Assembly (NCBI GenBank): GCA_976226885.1
Contig: OZ320315.1
Span: forward strand, 46,066,001-46,130,000
DNA length: 64,000 nucleotides
Direction of reading: 5' to 3'
Source of the DNA: Iphione sp. A-MEVVRFRX5
Taxonomy: Eukaryota
Part shown: positions 47,251 through 60,687 of the stretch, in pieces
How positions within the stretch are numbered: the stretch's first letter is position 1
Layout of the letters: the number at the start of each line of letters is the position of its first letter
Translations under genes and position numbers: made by a program
The notes under the pieces: generated by a model
The model's input: the letters and a program-made list of their open reading frames with translations, nothing else
What the model was told of the DNA's origin: nothing
Database searches by the model: none

Positions 47251-50200
47251 ACCGAAATTAACCTCCGCCAGCCAGCCACCTTCCACATTCGTCGTCCAGC
47301 CGTGTGGTCACATAGCCACAATGCCGTCGGGCATGGACCTGTTCGCATTCCAAAAGCGTATCGATAGGTTTATTGTGTGTATATTTTATCGGCCTGTTGG
47401 GTAGATCACGTTACTGTTAGCAGGGGACAATTTAAACGTGTGTGGGGAAAAAGGTATGGATTCTCGACAGCTATACCGTTGCTGATCTGAGAGACAAGGC
47501 TGGGGCCATATTCACAGAGAGGCATAGACTTCCCACCAAAGAGAGATCATTAACACTGCTTTTCGCAAAGGAAATTTCCTCCGCCCATAAACAGGGATTT
47601 TACCGTCCATTCATAGCCCTCTAAACTAGCAACAATAGTAAGCGGAACAACGGTAGTGACGGGCTAAAGGTGACTTTTTTTGGTTTTCAGCTGTTGGCTA
47701 ACTAGCACGGAGAGGAAGCGGGAAGGTTTGGTGCTGGGGAATGAAGAGGGGGTCACTGTGGGTGGGTACTATGGGCGCCGGCTGTACAATCAAGCACTGA
47801 CAAATGGCGAGCTATCTCCTCAGAGGCCCTCAGTGCCTGTGAGGTTGGAAGGTGGGGCGGAAGAGGGCGCTCCAGACGGGGGCGTCACATCCGGACTTTC
47901 TGTTCCTTGGTTCGAAAGCTTTGCTCCACCCTCCCGCCTACCACCGCTTCTCCAGCTCCGCCTCCACGCTCCTCCAGGGTCGATACTCCAGGCGCTCGAT
48001 CAGATTCAATCTACAGAGGAGCCTGGGGCCAGCGGGCCATGGCCCGGGGTCATCAGTTAAACACCGACAGTCGATGTCTGCCGGCTCACGCTGCCGGCGC
48101 CTTCCTGTGATAACAGACATGTTCCTTCTACCTATAAGGCAAACGGACAGGATGGCCTCTTATCAACAGGATACTTTTTAAAAAATAACATTATGTTTTA
48201 TGGCTGTAAATATTTGTCAGTTGTCGTGCAGCAAAAAGATTTCTTCTCGCATTCCAGTCCCTGATTTAAAAAAAGGCCATTTGCAAGATTACGACCGGAC
48301 GCGATCGTAATGTCCTGTTATTCTTGTTAACTGATATATGGGCCGTTCACCGGACCCTTTCAGAAGAATTTAATGAGGCTTCGCCACAGTGCATCGTTCT
48401 TTTTGACATCGCACCGGGGTATCGGCTGGTGCATTGTGGATCCACCAGTGTGAAAAAATGATATGTGCATCTATAATCGATTCCTAACTCACCATTTCCC
48501 GTTTCTATACGGCATTGTATAGCAACCATAAAACATATACATATATACCGACATAAAAATGGAATTACATATATTATATACACATGTAGATATTGTGTTT
48601 CTCCTTTTCAAATAGTGCAAGATTTAAATACGTGACGCGATGCCCTTGCCGTTTTACACTTTTGTTGGGGAAAAAATCACGAATACACATGACTATCTAT
48701 GTAGTTAATTTACATATGTGCCCTATCAGCTGAAATTGTGGAAACTGTGATTCTTTAAATCTTCAGCGGGGCGGGGATGAGTGGCACTGGGGGTCGGTGG
48801 CAGTCCCCATCCGCACTGGCAGGCGTCTACTTCTTTGTCTATTATTGATGGAGAACCTGACGGATGCCGGGTCGGCTGGGTTTGGGGCTGCGCCGTTAAC
48901 ATAGGCAGAATCGTCAGAGACATACGACAACGGTCGACTCCTGAAAGAGAGTTGGCTTTCTCCACATGGTACCACGCCCACCCGTAACCTATCCCTATCA
49001 ACGTTTCCAGGTACATGCACATGTGAGCGAAACGTCTCTCCACCAGGCATCCTACCGTTCCCTTTCGAGATACATGTATGTTCCGGCGTGCCATGGTTGC
49101 GTGCATTGCATGAATGCCCACACATGTATATTAAGTGACTCTTCAACTAAGCACAATTCCCGTGACTCTGTTGAGCCTGTGTATTGACCGCATGGTTGGT
49201 CTAAGTCGGTATCTATGTGTATATTCCATTACTGGGTTTCTTCATTCAGAGGCCTTTTCTCATAACCTCATAACTTCATTTTATACACCACAACAGTCCA
49301 ACAGTACGGAAGGCTCATCTATTTCGCAACTCGTGACCTCATATTCGCCCGAATATTTCTGGCGCACAAAACGATGATATTGCAACCGGTTCTGATAACA
49401 GGAACACCCGACGGGAGATAGCAGTCGGGGACTGTGTGTGGCGAAGGAACGTGTGTAATTTTCAACGCAAGTCGATCTTGGTGGGTGTTTTTTTCGGGGG
49501 TTTTGAACCTGTCTAGAGGATTGGCACGAAGCCCGAGAGGAAAGGCCCCTGATTGGTCCTGTTTGGCGGTTCTTACATGGAGACTTGGCGGATGAGGACG
49601 TCCGGCCGACCTGGAGCGCCAAGTAGGAAGCGAGCGTCGTAGCTTGTAAAGAGACGTTGGCCACGAGGCCCATTCATTTGCGTGCATGCGCGACCATAAT
49701 AAGGAGGCTGACATGGCAGAGCTTGCACGAGGCCGCCCTTGGCGACGGACGGTGACACTCATCTGCTGACTTTTTCTATCATGAACCGTGTCTTGTGGCT
49801 TTCCAGACGGTCGCCATCTCCACCCTTTAGCGGGTCACGCGAAGTGTACGAGCCGATGCAGTCTGCCCATGCAACCCAGGTATCAGCGTGATTTCCACGG
49901 CGTTTATCATTGGTGGTTTCGTTTTTAATCATTGATGAGGAGGAAATATAATCTAAGGGGTGAAATTTACTAAGGAAATAGCCCTTCGCATGCTACTTTT
50001 ATCTTTAAAGAATGATTGTGGCAGAGCCTGGATCTTCCGGGCATAGCACAGAACTGCCGGCAGAGACCCGGGCTCCTTGCTTTAAGCACGTCCCTTTGAA
50101 GATTGATGCTTCTATAAACAGCAGGGAAGAAAGCCAAAGAGAACCAACTGTAGAAAGACATTCTCATTTCAGACGTTTGGAGAAAACCTATCACTAAACC

Positions 50201-53200
50201 TGCCACACAAGCAGATCGCGATGTTGATGTGTTAATTCCCCCAGCCCTCCTTTTCTTTAATGCATGCTGTATACAGGTATGCCCTCGTCGGCATCTGTCT
50301 TTTCCTAACACCTCATTAAAACTGACAACAGAGCTGTTGCCAGAGTGAGACTCTTGATCATAGCTACATGTAAAGTTTGATTGCAAAAGAGCGACGGGAA
50401 ACCTTGGGGTTAAATGACTGTCATCACAGGGAGGCTGCAACACTTCATCATAGCATACCGGGGTTCCACACGTGTGTGTGGTGGGGAGGTGGTTTCGTTC
50501 TTGAAAACCGTCCATTATCACCGGGCATTTCAAACCAATATTGATTTGCCACATCCCCTTCCGTTAGGCTGCAGATTTAACAGAGGATTTTGTGAAGACG
50601 GCCCTCCAAGCAAAGATGATATTTCACTCTCCTTCCTTTTTTTACTTATATTGGGATAACGCCATTAGAGTGTCAAAATTGCCCCGTGCCCGTGCTGCGG
50701 TTCGCCACGCCAAACGCAACTTAGACGTGTTTCTATGTTTTTTTTTTCACCGCGCAATCGATTGTTATGGATGGGTAAGGGTAGACAAGATGATGTGTCA
50801 TGCCTACCAACAATCCACTCTGCCGTGGGCTGTTTGTGTGAAACTGATTGCGAGCGGGCAGGCGCCGCTGCCTCCCAATATGCCCCACCACCCACAGAAC
50901 AGACCACAACGCCACTCGTTGGCCAGACATCAGTGACAGGTACTCTGCTGCCACTAATCAAAGCCTCGCCATTTCCGTGCTAGATGCCCTCCGAATGGAC
51001 GACCTACAGCCCGGGCCGGTCCGCCGCTTTACTTCAACAAGATTAGAATGAGGGGTAAAAAAATATATAAGCTCGTTAAGAAGATCAGCAGTAATGAGAA
51101 AGACCACCACGATCGCAGAATTCGTCTGGTTTCATGATCCAAAAGGCAGCATGCGTTCTAGCCATGATGATGGGCATCCCACGGCCTGATGTAGCAGTTA
51201 TTGGCTGTCATGTTTGTCCCTATTCAGCTTGGTTAAAATGATGTACCTAGAGCACGGTGGTCCAGTGATAATCCTCCTATCAGCGTTCACTCCCTGTGGC
51301 AGAGTATCCTCGGATGGAGCAAGACCACGGTACGAGGCCAACGTTTACAAAAGGAAAACAGTCCGGTACAATGGACGCCAGATCCTTGGCTCTGATTGAT
51401 CGGACGAGTCTGCCATTATGTTTGGAATTCTGTTCGACGGGAAGGTGCACGACGACACGTTGTGCCCGTTGACTACATGTAGTTTGTTTGCTGAGCTGTT
51501 TTCCTTGACAGTGTCGTTCGTGCTGCTGAAAACTGAATGGAGAAAAATGCCGACTGCTTCATTCGCCTTTTCCAAGGAAAAAGATTATGTCTAGTGTTGT
51601 ATCTGTTAAATAACGCAGAGGTGTTCTGTTCGTTTTACTGCCCAATTTGTGGAGCCCTTTTGGGGCATTGCGTGTATGAATTTGGCTGAAGGTGACCTTT
51701 GAATTATCCCTCCCCAGACTTCCACTCGAATAATGACCTCGCTGCGTCCCTTACCGGTCGGCTCACTAGGGACAACCATGTTACTTGTTCCTGCAATAGA
51801 TGAATGGAGACGAACAAAAGTGAGCTGCTCGTTGTTATGTAGATCTGCAGGCAATGGGCTAACAAACCCATCAGTCAGGTCGTAGAGCAGCTCACGCGCT
51901 TTACACAGTATGTATTTGGTCCAGTCAACGGCAAGCTAATCAGTCAGCCAACTGCACCAGTGATCCCGAAAATGGCCCGCCTCATTTTATCGATGTTTTT
52001 TCCACCATAGAGCGCATGGAAGGGCAACCTCTAAAAAAATTAAGATTTCTCGAATAGCAGTCTAACCTAAGATGCCTATTTCTATTGGTTTAATTGAAAA
52101 AGTTAGCAGAATTATACAAGCAATGGGCATCACGGACAACGTAAGCAAAACGTATCAAAATAATAAAGTAAATGTACAATTAGGTTTCGGTTTTAAGGTG
52201 TGTGTATGAAAATGAGCATATTTTTGTTGATGGATATCTGTAGTGGTGTAGAATTTCTCCCTGCTTACGAGCTTCTTTTTGTGGCAATCCCTCTTGGCGA
52301 CATTGCCCAGTACACCTACACAGCGCGTAGCAATTACCCCCAGTTTCACCTCCCTAGCATGTCTTCTTGCCCATCAGGCAAAATCTAGGGCCACCTGGCC
52401 CAGAGCTGCATCTATGGTGAAAGAAAAAACGTGCTGCCTTTTGGGTGGTGTGATCTGATTACTACGGAGAGTGCACGCAATCTTGATAGCATGGTGGGCT
52501 GACCAGGCAGCTGACTATTACGGATGCAATTCCAAGATTATCATATTACGAGCATAATATGGACAGGCAACTCCTTCCATTGACCAGCATAGAGACGCAT
52601 TCCCGTGGAGATGATAGTTGAAGGGCGACAGTTTCGGTCAATGTAAGAATACTGTTGTTTCACCTAAATAGCTAATAACTCTGGGTCAAATTGGTGATAG
52701 AGAAGGGTTTAGAGATAGCCCTCATCTTTCTGTCAGCGCCATCGGATCTCAGTAATGAGGACTTAGCTATTCATGTCTCTTATCCCTACATAAATCCTGA
52801 TTGCAGTAGTCTTGAAGGCAACAAATGTCCCCCAGGCTTAACGATGGTGAAAGCCAGTCTTCTGCTCCCGGAAACCCCATATAATAGACGAAACACTCGG
52901 ATCGTGTATTCCGTGCTTTGTCACACAAGTATGTTGATATCTCACCGACTAAAAACAATAATGAATGACGATCACAGCGTGAGAATTACAGAAGCTGACA
53001 GAGCACAGTACATCCATGATCTGGTCGACTTAAAATGAATACATGTAGGTGCTCTTTCGCACATTACACTGGCCCCATCAATTATGGTCATGAAACTATG
53101 CAGAGATTACACTTTGTAAGGACTTAGCGCCTCCAGCAGCCTTCTGACAGACACACATCAGAGGATCATCCCCTGATAGTTGCTTGCACTACTTTCTCTT

Positions 53201-55860
53201 GGCCTGCTCATCTATTACAATCTGCTGTCTGCGTTTTATTGAAAATCTTCCCCGTGTAACAGCTTAGCAATGTACGTGTTCTTTGTTTCGTACATCCTAA
53301 TGATACACACTTGCTTAAGATAGATACTTTGTTTAGAGAGAAAAAAAGAGTCTCAAGTTTTAGAGCTTTACCGATGGCAGATGTCGCTTTGTCATAATAG
53401 ATCAAAATTCTCTAGGGAAGTTATCGTCTTAGAGAAAGTGAAAAAGAATTTTCCGAATGGCATTAATTATTCACCCTGATACTTAAAAGTACAATAGATT
53501 CTTTCCTCAAGGGCCTGTGATGGGCTTCTTTGGGTAATACGTTCGAAGCTAGCACATGGAAAGGTCATTTGTCAAAAAAATAAGGGTAGCTTCAGGCTGA
53601 AAACACAGGACGTGAAATATTGATGGGCTTCTTTGTGAGACAAAGGATACACGTGGACACGGCTGTAGTGAACAAAGCGAAAGTCAAGGATTGACAAGAC
53701 CTTGCATCGGACACGCCAAGGCGGATGACTGCGACCTTCAACATTACGCTTTGCAGGGATAGGCCGTCCGGCAAGCTTACAGTGAAAGTCACATGCCATG
53801 ATAAAGGATTCCAGGATTCCTTTTTGGCGCATAAGGTTGATCCATTGTATGTGTCCGTATAGGATCAGAGCCTCTTATATGCCTTTGGTCCCTTTTAGTG
53901 ATTAATATTATGAAAAAAGTCAAGGAAGTGTTTTATGTTGATTAAATCTGCTTACTTGGACTTTGAACAAAAATAACAGCAACACACTAGAGATAAGAAG
54001 AATAGGTAACTGTGGAATAGATCGCAGGACAAGAGTCTGGGTCCTCGAGGAGGGGGAAAAAGAAAGAGGCCATACATCAAAGATGTCATGAGAGAGATGA
54101 TGGATCTGCGGTCTTTCCCTTTTGCCTCCACCCGAACGAGTGTTACAGTCCACAGAGGACGAGGCTGGAATAATACCCTGACCTACAAAATGATAGTCTT
54201 GTCCTCCTAACCAGGGCGCCAAATTAAGCTGGTTAGGAACGTGTGTGTTCTGTTCTACCAAAATATAGCAAGGAGGAAAAGTAGAGTGCAGTCCTGTTGG
54301 TAGAGGGGATACAAAATGGGTCGTCGTCTTGGTGACAGTGTGCTCATGTGAAGATAGATACATTATGGCTTCTTTTCTCGTGCCTAAGTAGACCTCTCAT
54401 TTTCTACCGTTCTTATCATCTGTGTAATTATCGTTTCTGTCTTCCTTCAGTATGCGTGTTTCTAATATGCTTATTAACAGGAGGTGTGTTCTTTCGAGTC
54501 TGCCTCTGCACGATTTTGAATTACTTGCAGGGACATTTCCATAATGGGTTGTCGCACAACGGATGGGGTCTTTGCATGACTCTCCAGCCTTTAATTTGAG
54601 CTGAACAAGTTATGCGTTCGAAATACACGTGTTGCATTACTCCCTGCAATCGTCTCACTTGTCAGTCCTTTAATTGAACACCTCTTGTATTTGTGACTGT
54701 GTCTAGCTATTCAACGGACTAGAATGTTTGGCGGAAAGTGGAGATGCTATGAAAGTAACCTGATGACTAGAATTATTTGAAAAGGGTTATTGAATCCATA
54801 ATGTTCTACATTGTCTACTAGAATAAAACATGTCTGAATTATATTGGGCGTGGACTGAACTCTTCCTTTTAAGCCATTTCAAAGCTGTGCACTGGATTAC
54901 ATATTTATACAACATTGATCATATTCAGTGTAAAGTTCGTTGTGACAAGGTAGGCACACTAGGCCATCCAATGAATCTCCTATTCCACATTATAAACGGT
55001 CTCTGGGCAAAAAATAGATACGTGTACATGTGTTATAAAAGGTCAACGTGGGCAGTTTTGTCTCAATTTAAGTGATCTAGGCTAATATTATTGGTAATCA
55101 GCATCAACTCTTCATGTCATTCCAGCGGTTCAGACGCAAACGTCTCTTAAATAAAATAAATCGCACTTACGTTCAGTAACTTAACTGCTCCATCGATGAG
55201 TCTTTCTTTGAATAGAGCATTGTTTTGAGCAAAAGGTTTATATTTTGTTGTGTGTATTCGACACTCTACTAGAAAAAAGTCTTTTTTCGGTGTAAGTTAA
55301 GAAAATGAAGAGCTGGTAAAAATGGCTGATCATTCACGTCCTTGGCGTCCTCTTTTTGTTTTTGTCCAACCATAGTCCTGTTTCTTTACACTATTGCGTG
55401 AGGCCTTTCTATCAGATACGTGCAGGCATACTCTCTTGGTCTATCCTGATAATAGTACCGTGGGAATCCCCTTAGAATTGGAACTATTTGTCCTGCCCCT
55501 GCTGTCAGCTTCAGAACCAATTCTCTCCCTGGTTTCTTTCCAGGCCCCCACTCCTTCTCTTTGTAGACTCGTTCAACTTCAATTCAGCACGAATCAATCT
55601 CACCCAGACAGCAGTCGTGGTTCATATTCTTTATTACTTGAGGAAACTAATGGTACTGTTTGTTAATACATTGCCTCGAGTATGTGTCATTCTAAAAAAA
55701 TCAGTTTGAATATCGTAATAAACGCTTGTTATTAATAGTAACAATGGAGAAATGATCCGACATACAGTGAGTGGTGTTTAAATTGTTTTTAATTTATAGT
55801 GAAAACAATGGTACCACTCATCGGGCAGATGCTTTTAATTTCTGACTTAAGGCCAAGAGC

Positions 55861-55887
55861 TACAGGTGGCTCAAAAATAAGTATACA
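55861..55887 (+). mobile_element. Solo Tc1-like terminal inverted repeat end (TA-CAGGTGGCTCAAAAATAAGTATACA)
   Basis: Resembles Tc1-family TIR starts. The partner TIR was not found and may lie in the gap at 56490-56828. Confidence 0.3.
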
Positions 55888-56489
55888 AGGAATTTTCTTA
55901 TAACTTCTCAGATTTATTCGATACACCATTTGTAATTCAAATATGGAAAAAAAAGCTGGGGTATCAAGACTCATTTATCCAGCAGTGATCATCAAAGGGA
56001 TGCTCCCCTTACCATTGAAGTCAATGGCAGAAGAGCAAAAAAGGAGTCATTCTGGAGACAATTCATGTCATAAGTTCAAAACCTGACAAACAATTTCTGT
56101 CAAAAATTATATTTAGCCTTAAATATATATATTGTTCAAGATAAAAACATAAAAATATATGGTTTCAAGGTTACTTTCTCCACAAACTGACCTGAAAGGT
56201 GTAGAACTAGAAATTTTTGTAATAGGCTGAATAGCACACAATTTGTCATTTTTAACACATTTTATGCTGTAAATCTAAAACCTGACGTACATTTTTGTAA
56301 AATTTTACATTTAAATCTTCATATCTATGATCATCAAGATAACAGCAAAAAAATATGTATTTTCAGTTCTATTCTCTATACATAATGTCCCAAAGTAAGA
56401 ACACCACCCCCTGATGAAGTTGGCTGCCAACCAAGTTGGAGGGAGAGAGAGGGGAGGGAGCAACTGAGGTAGGGAGGGAAACAGAGAGA

Positions 56490-56828
56490 NNNNNNNNNNN
56501 NNNNNNNNNNNNNNNNNNNNNNNNNNNNNNNNNNNNNNNNNNNNNNNNNNNNNNNNNNNNNNNNNNNNNNNNNNNNNNNNNNNNNNNNNNNNNNNNNNNN
56601 NNNNNNNNNNNNNNNNNNNNNNNNNNNNNNNNNNNNNNNNNNNNNNNNNNNNNNNNNNNNNNNNNNNNNNNNNNNNNNNNNNNNNNNNNNNNNNNNNNNN
56701 NNNNNNNNNNNNNNNNNNNNNNNNNNNNNNNNNNNNNNNNNNNNNNNNNNNNNNNNNNNNNNNNNNNNNNNNNNNNNNNNNNNNNNNNNNNNNNNNNNNN
56801 NNNNNNNNNNNNNNNNNNNNNNNNNNNN
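56490..56828. other. Assembly gap (339 N) flanked by GA-rich simple repeats
   Basis: Run of N. Flanks GGGAGAGAGAGG and GAGAGAGGGAGACACACACAGAG suggest a collapsed microsatellite. Confidence 0.99.
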
Positions 56829-56925
56829 GGCCGGAAAGAGAGAGGGAGACACACACAGAGGCAGAGACAGAGACAGAGCACACCATAGGTCTAGTTTCAA
56901 CTTCATTCACCAACACAGCCAAAAA

Positions 56926-56988
56926 TCAGTTTCTTGAATTAAGAATATTTCTTATTTTAAGAAAAATGTTCTTAATTCAAGAAACTGA
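56926..56988. repeat. Near-perfect 63-nt palindrome/hairpin
   Basis: TCAGTTTCTTGAATTAAGAA (56926-56945) is the exact reverse complement of 56969-56988. Pairing continues inward with one G-T pair, a 2-nt bulge and a 3-nt loop. Confidence 0.9.
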
Positions 56989-59900
56989 AGGTGTACATAT
57001 TAGTTCATAAAATCGCCACTTGGCGCCTGCCGCTCTCGCCCTTAAATACTCTCAATGTAAACTGAAACGTTTCCAATAAATTTTGAAATGGGTCGACGAA
57101 CAACTCACTGTCATCTGCAATCACAAATGATATTCACTGTTATAATGATTCATTCGACTGTTTTTGTAGAGAAGAAGCTCGAAAGTAATATGATACTTTG
57201 CCGCGATAATTTAAACTATACAAAACAGAATCAATCTATTACAGAACAAACCTTTTGACAATGCTTCTCTCATATTAGGCTTTATCGTTTAGCAACAAGT
57301 AAGGGACATGAATAAAGGACCTACCGAAGGGTTTACAACAATGACTGTAAAAAGCAACACAAAAAAAATCTATTAAGAGGGAGATGAATTATACTGACAC
57401 AACAATAGCTGTATTTTATGAAGCCTAATTGTATGGCTTATCTCCAATGATCAAGCAGCACTTCTGCAAATGTTGTGAACTGAAGCCAGAGATGGGATAG
57501 ATGAGTGACATAAATGCCATGTTCATGCCAAGGAAATCAAACCTGTTTGTTAATCATTGAATATGTCGAGGAAACGCGACTCACAAGCACTTGTTAGTAC
57601 AAAATGCAGTAAGTGAACCTTTTTACATAAGGAACGCCATCAAATTTACAGTACACAGATTTTGTTTATAAATGTACTCCAAAGTATCATTGACGAGGCA
57701 CATGTACAAGTTGTCTACATTATGAATTTATCTGATATGTTTTGCGCCTTACCAAGGTGCCGAGAGCGACTTGGTGCGAAAGGTAGTTGAACCCAGGAGA
57801 ATTCCTCAGACAATAATCAGATTTAGCGGATACAATTCATTCAGCTGATGTTGCGTTTAATGAGACGGATGAGATTAGTAACACTAGCCACGGGAGAGGT
57901 GCGCGCAGGAAAAGGCTCCGCCAGTGGGTGTGTAGTATTGCTTTACGCTGCTTGCTCCACGACAAGGAGAGTACTGGCAAAGGAGATCATCTTCATTTGA
58001 GGGGTCGCGCATTCTCTTTCCGCAAATTTACGGAACCGTTAATTATTAGTTTAAATAACAAATCTGTATTCCCCTGTGTGCATTATTTTTATAGGTGTTT
58101 TTGCCTTTACTTTCTGGACAATGAAAGAACGACACCAAGTTTAAGTCCTACATGACACATCGGACTGGGGAACTCCCATTCCGAGGACCATGCAGTAAGT
58201 TTTTAAATGTTGCTTGTTTCAACCGACGTACTCCTAGGTCGCATGCAAACTGATCTAACCTATGCAGCTATATGTCCCAGAGCTAAAAAGATTTGTCATA
58301 CTGTGACCACTGCCTCCAGGACACCCAAGGCACGAGGGCAACTGTGTTAAAGACACCGTCCACTAGGGGACCTCACTTGATCCCACCGCTTGGGTCTCCG
58401 TTGTATTGATCGAGCCTGTCCCGCCGCCCCGCCACTCCGTCCGCAGGATGTTGGCTGCAGATGTGGTAATCCCTGAGGGCCGTGGGGTAAGGAAATCCCT
58501 TTGCTCTTTCAGGCGGCCAGCAATGCGGATTAGCAATGATTATTACCCGATGCTCCTTGCCCTTCTTGCCTGCAGCCTTGGTCAATTGCCACTATCGTTT
58601 ATCAGTTGGCAGCCCGGCACTATGCCCTATTACTCAACAGTCGGCCACAACCGCAATAATTGGTCAGATTCTATCAACAGGATGGCATGTGGATGAGGAC
58701 AGGGGTATTAGGTGACTCATTGCAAAAGCAGCTCTCGCTTCACACAGGAGGAGCGTATTCGTGTAGCTACAGAGGCGTATAACAGTGTGCCACATCGACG
58801 GCGAAGAACAGTCTTCACACACAAGTGTGATAATGCCAACGATTTGTACGGAATACGACACTTGCTCTTGCTCGTCCCTGCAATGGCGCCTTCCAAGCCT
58901 CATGGATAAAGGTCGATGTTACCAACGATAAAGCACAAAAGTAATTCACGACACAGGTGCCCTACATATTTGCGGGGACCAATCATTTAGTGCAGTTGTA
59001 TAGATTAGCTTTTTGAAAAGAGACTTTCGTGCAGCCTGAAGAACATATGCTTTCTTAAGTTATTTTAAGCATCATTGGGCTATATGGAGACAGTCCCCGG
59101 CGTTTATCATTTTAACGTCATTACCTCTCCGCTTCCTCTAGGGCCTATAGCCTGCGTGTTTCACTTCCCTATTCCACTCCAATAACACCTTCCCGGTCCC
59201 CACAGGCTTTTGGTTCAAGATCCAATGTAAATGGCAGAAGCAGCCGTAGCTGCAACACTCCTCGTCTCTCTCTTTTGACTTGCGGCCATCGCTCCGCCCT
59301 GTGAAGTCACAACACCCCTTTTCAAATACACCGTCCGTTAGTGTTGGAATAGAGTGCCATTCTGGCGTCTTTCACGCATGTGTCACTGTTCAATAGGTGT
59401 TTCTACAATGAAAAGAAAACCTAGTTTCATCAAAAGAGCGTGCCTCTGAGACAACCTTGCGCCTCAACAATTTCTTGCATGATCGCAGCTTTTGAAGTTT
59501 TCAATGTATGCGATAGGCTGCGTTCCTTCATCAGTGTGTCGGTGACAAAAACATGCTGCGCTGAAAAGATACTGAAACTAAGACCATCAATGTTTCAATA
59601 AAATCACCACATGTAAGAACGTGAAGTGATGTAGACTTTTACAGAATCATGTCGTTTGGAAATAATACCGACAGTATCAACAGAATGATGCCTCATTATC
59701 TTCGTAGTATATTTTCAAACATGCAAGAAGACGCTCAAATCCTGTGAATATGACTAAATACAATGTAATTTCGGATTGAAAATGGTGTTAGTATATACAA
59801 GGGAACAACTGAAGCATTGATATGATCTATATGACTCTCGATCACGTCTTTGTGCTAATCTCTGTGGTTACATGTAGATGTTTTTTTCACTGGCATGTGT

Positions 59901-60673
59901 TTTTTTTTCTGGCTAGACATGGAGTATAAAACCTCTCGAGTGGTCACCCCCTTCCCGGTATTCACATGTCCGTTGGCTACACTCGCCCCTAGCACACCTT
60001 GTCCACATGGCAATAAATGCTCACATTTTCACAACCAATAAGCGGAACTGGTCACGTAAAGCCGGCAAGTAATTCATATCTTCAATGAAAGATGTAAGCC
60101 ATAGCCAGCATTAGGGTGGGTGGGTGTTGCTGCCGGTCGACAAAACTGTTTCATCCAGTTGTCCCCACGGCCAATATCCTCACCGACACGTCTTGGGCTA
60201 CAGGCGTCGAGTAAAAAGCCTAGTACCAACTCGTCCAAGTTTTTATTTCCCATGCGGTGCAGACTTGGGATATGGCCAGGTTTACCTATTGGGACACTGC
60301 AAACACAGGCAGAGCGATATGTAGCCGGTGGCACGACGGCAGGGCGGCCGCGGCGGAAGGGATTGGGGCCACCGGTGGTGGTAGACATTGCTACTGGTTG
60401 ACTCCTACCAGAGGAACAATGTCGCTGACCTCAATGCATTACCGCTGTATGAAGTGAGAGCGGCTCCCACCCACCTCACCTCTTTTCTCTGTCGGGATAT
60501 GAATTTATATCTAAATGACACACAATGCATTTTTTTCAATGAAAAATGGTATTCTTTCGCCTAGAAGGAAATATATATCTTTTATTTCGTTGCGGATGGG
60601 CGTCTACACATCTTATGGTCCATGAAGTGGTCATGTTCTGTCTTTTGGGAGAACTTCCCTCGCGCTCAGCCCA

Positions 60674-60687
60674 GTCTCTATGGTAAC
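60674..60687 (+). promoter_or_regulatory. RFX X-box (GTCTCTATGGTAAC)
   Basis: Full match to the X-box consensus GTHNYY-AT-RRNAAC. ATG GCG TCT CCA follows about 110 nt downstream. Confidence 0.4.

Noticed and set aside
49970-50554. 194-aa minus-strand ORF
   Set aside because: No ATG-anchored start, recognisable domain or coding-like composition; one ORF of this length is plausible by chance in six frames of 64 kb.
56411-56440. CTGATGA followed by the stem GTTGG-CTG-CCAAC (hammerhead-like core)
   Set aside because: The required GAAA after stem II is absent (CAAG), and no stem I/III pairing is evident.
56311-56922. Long ORFs listed in the ORF track
   Set aside because: Artefacts of translating the N gap.
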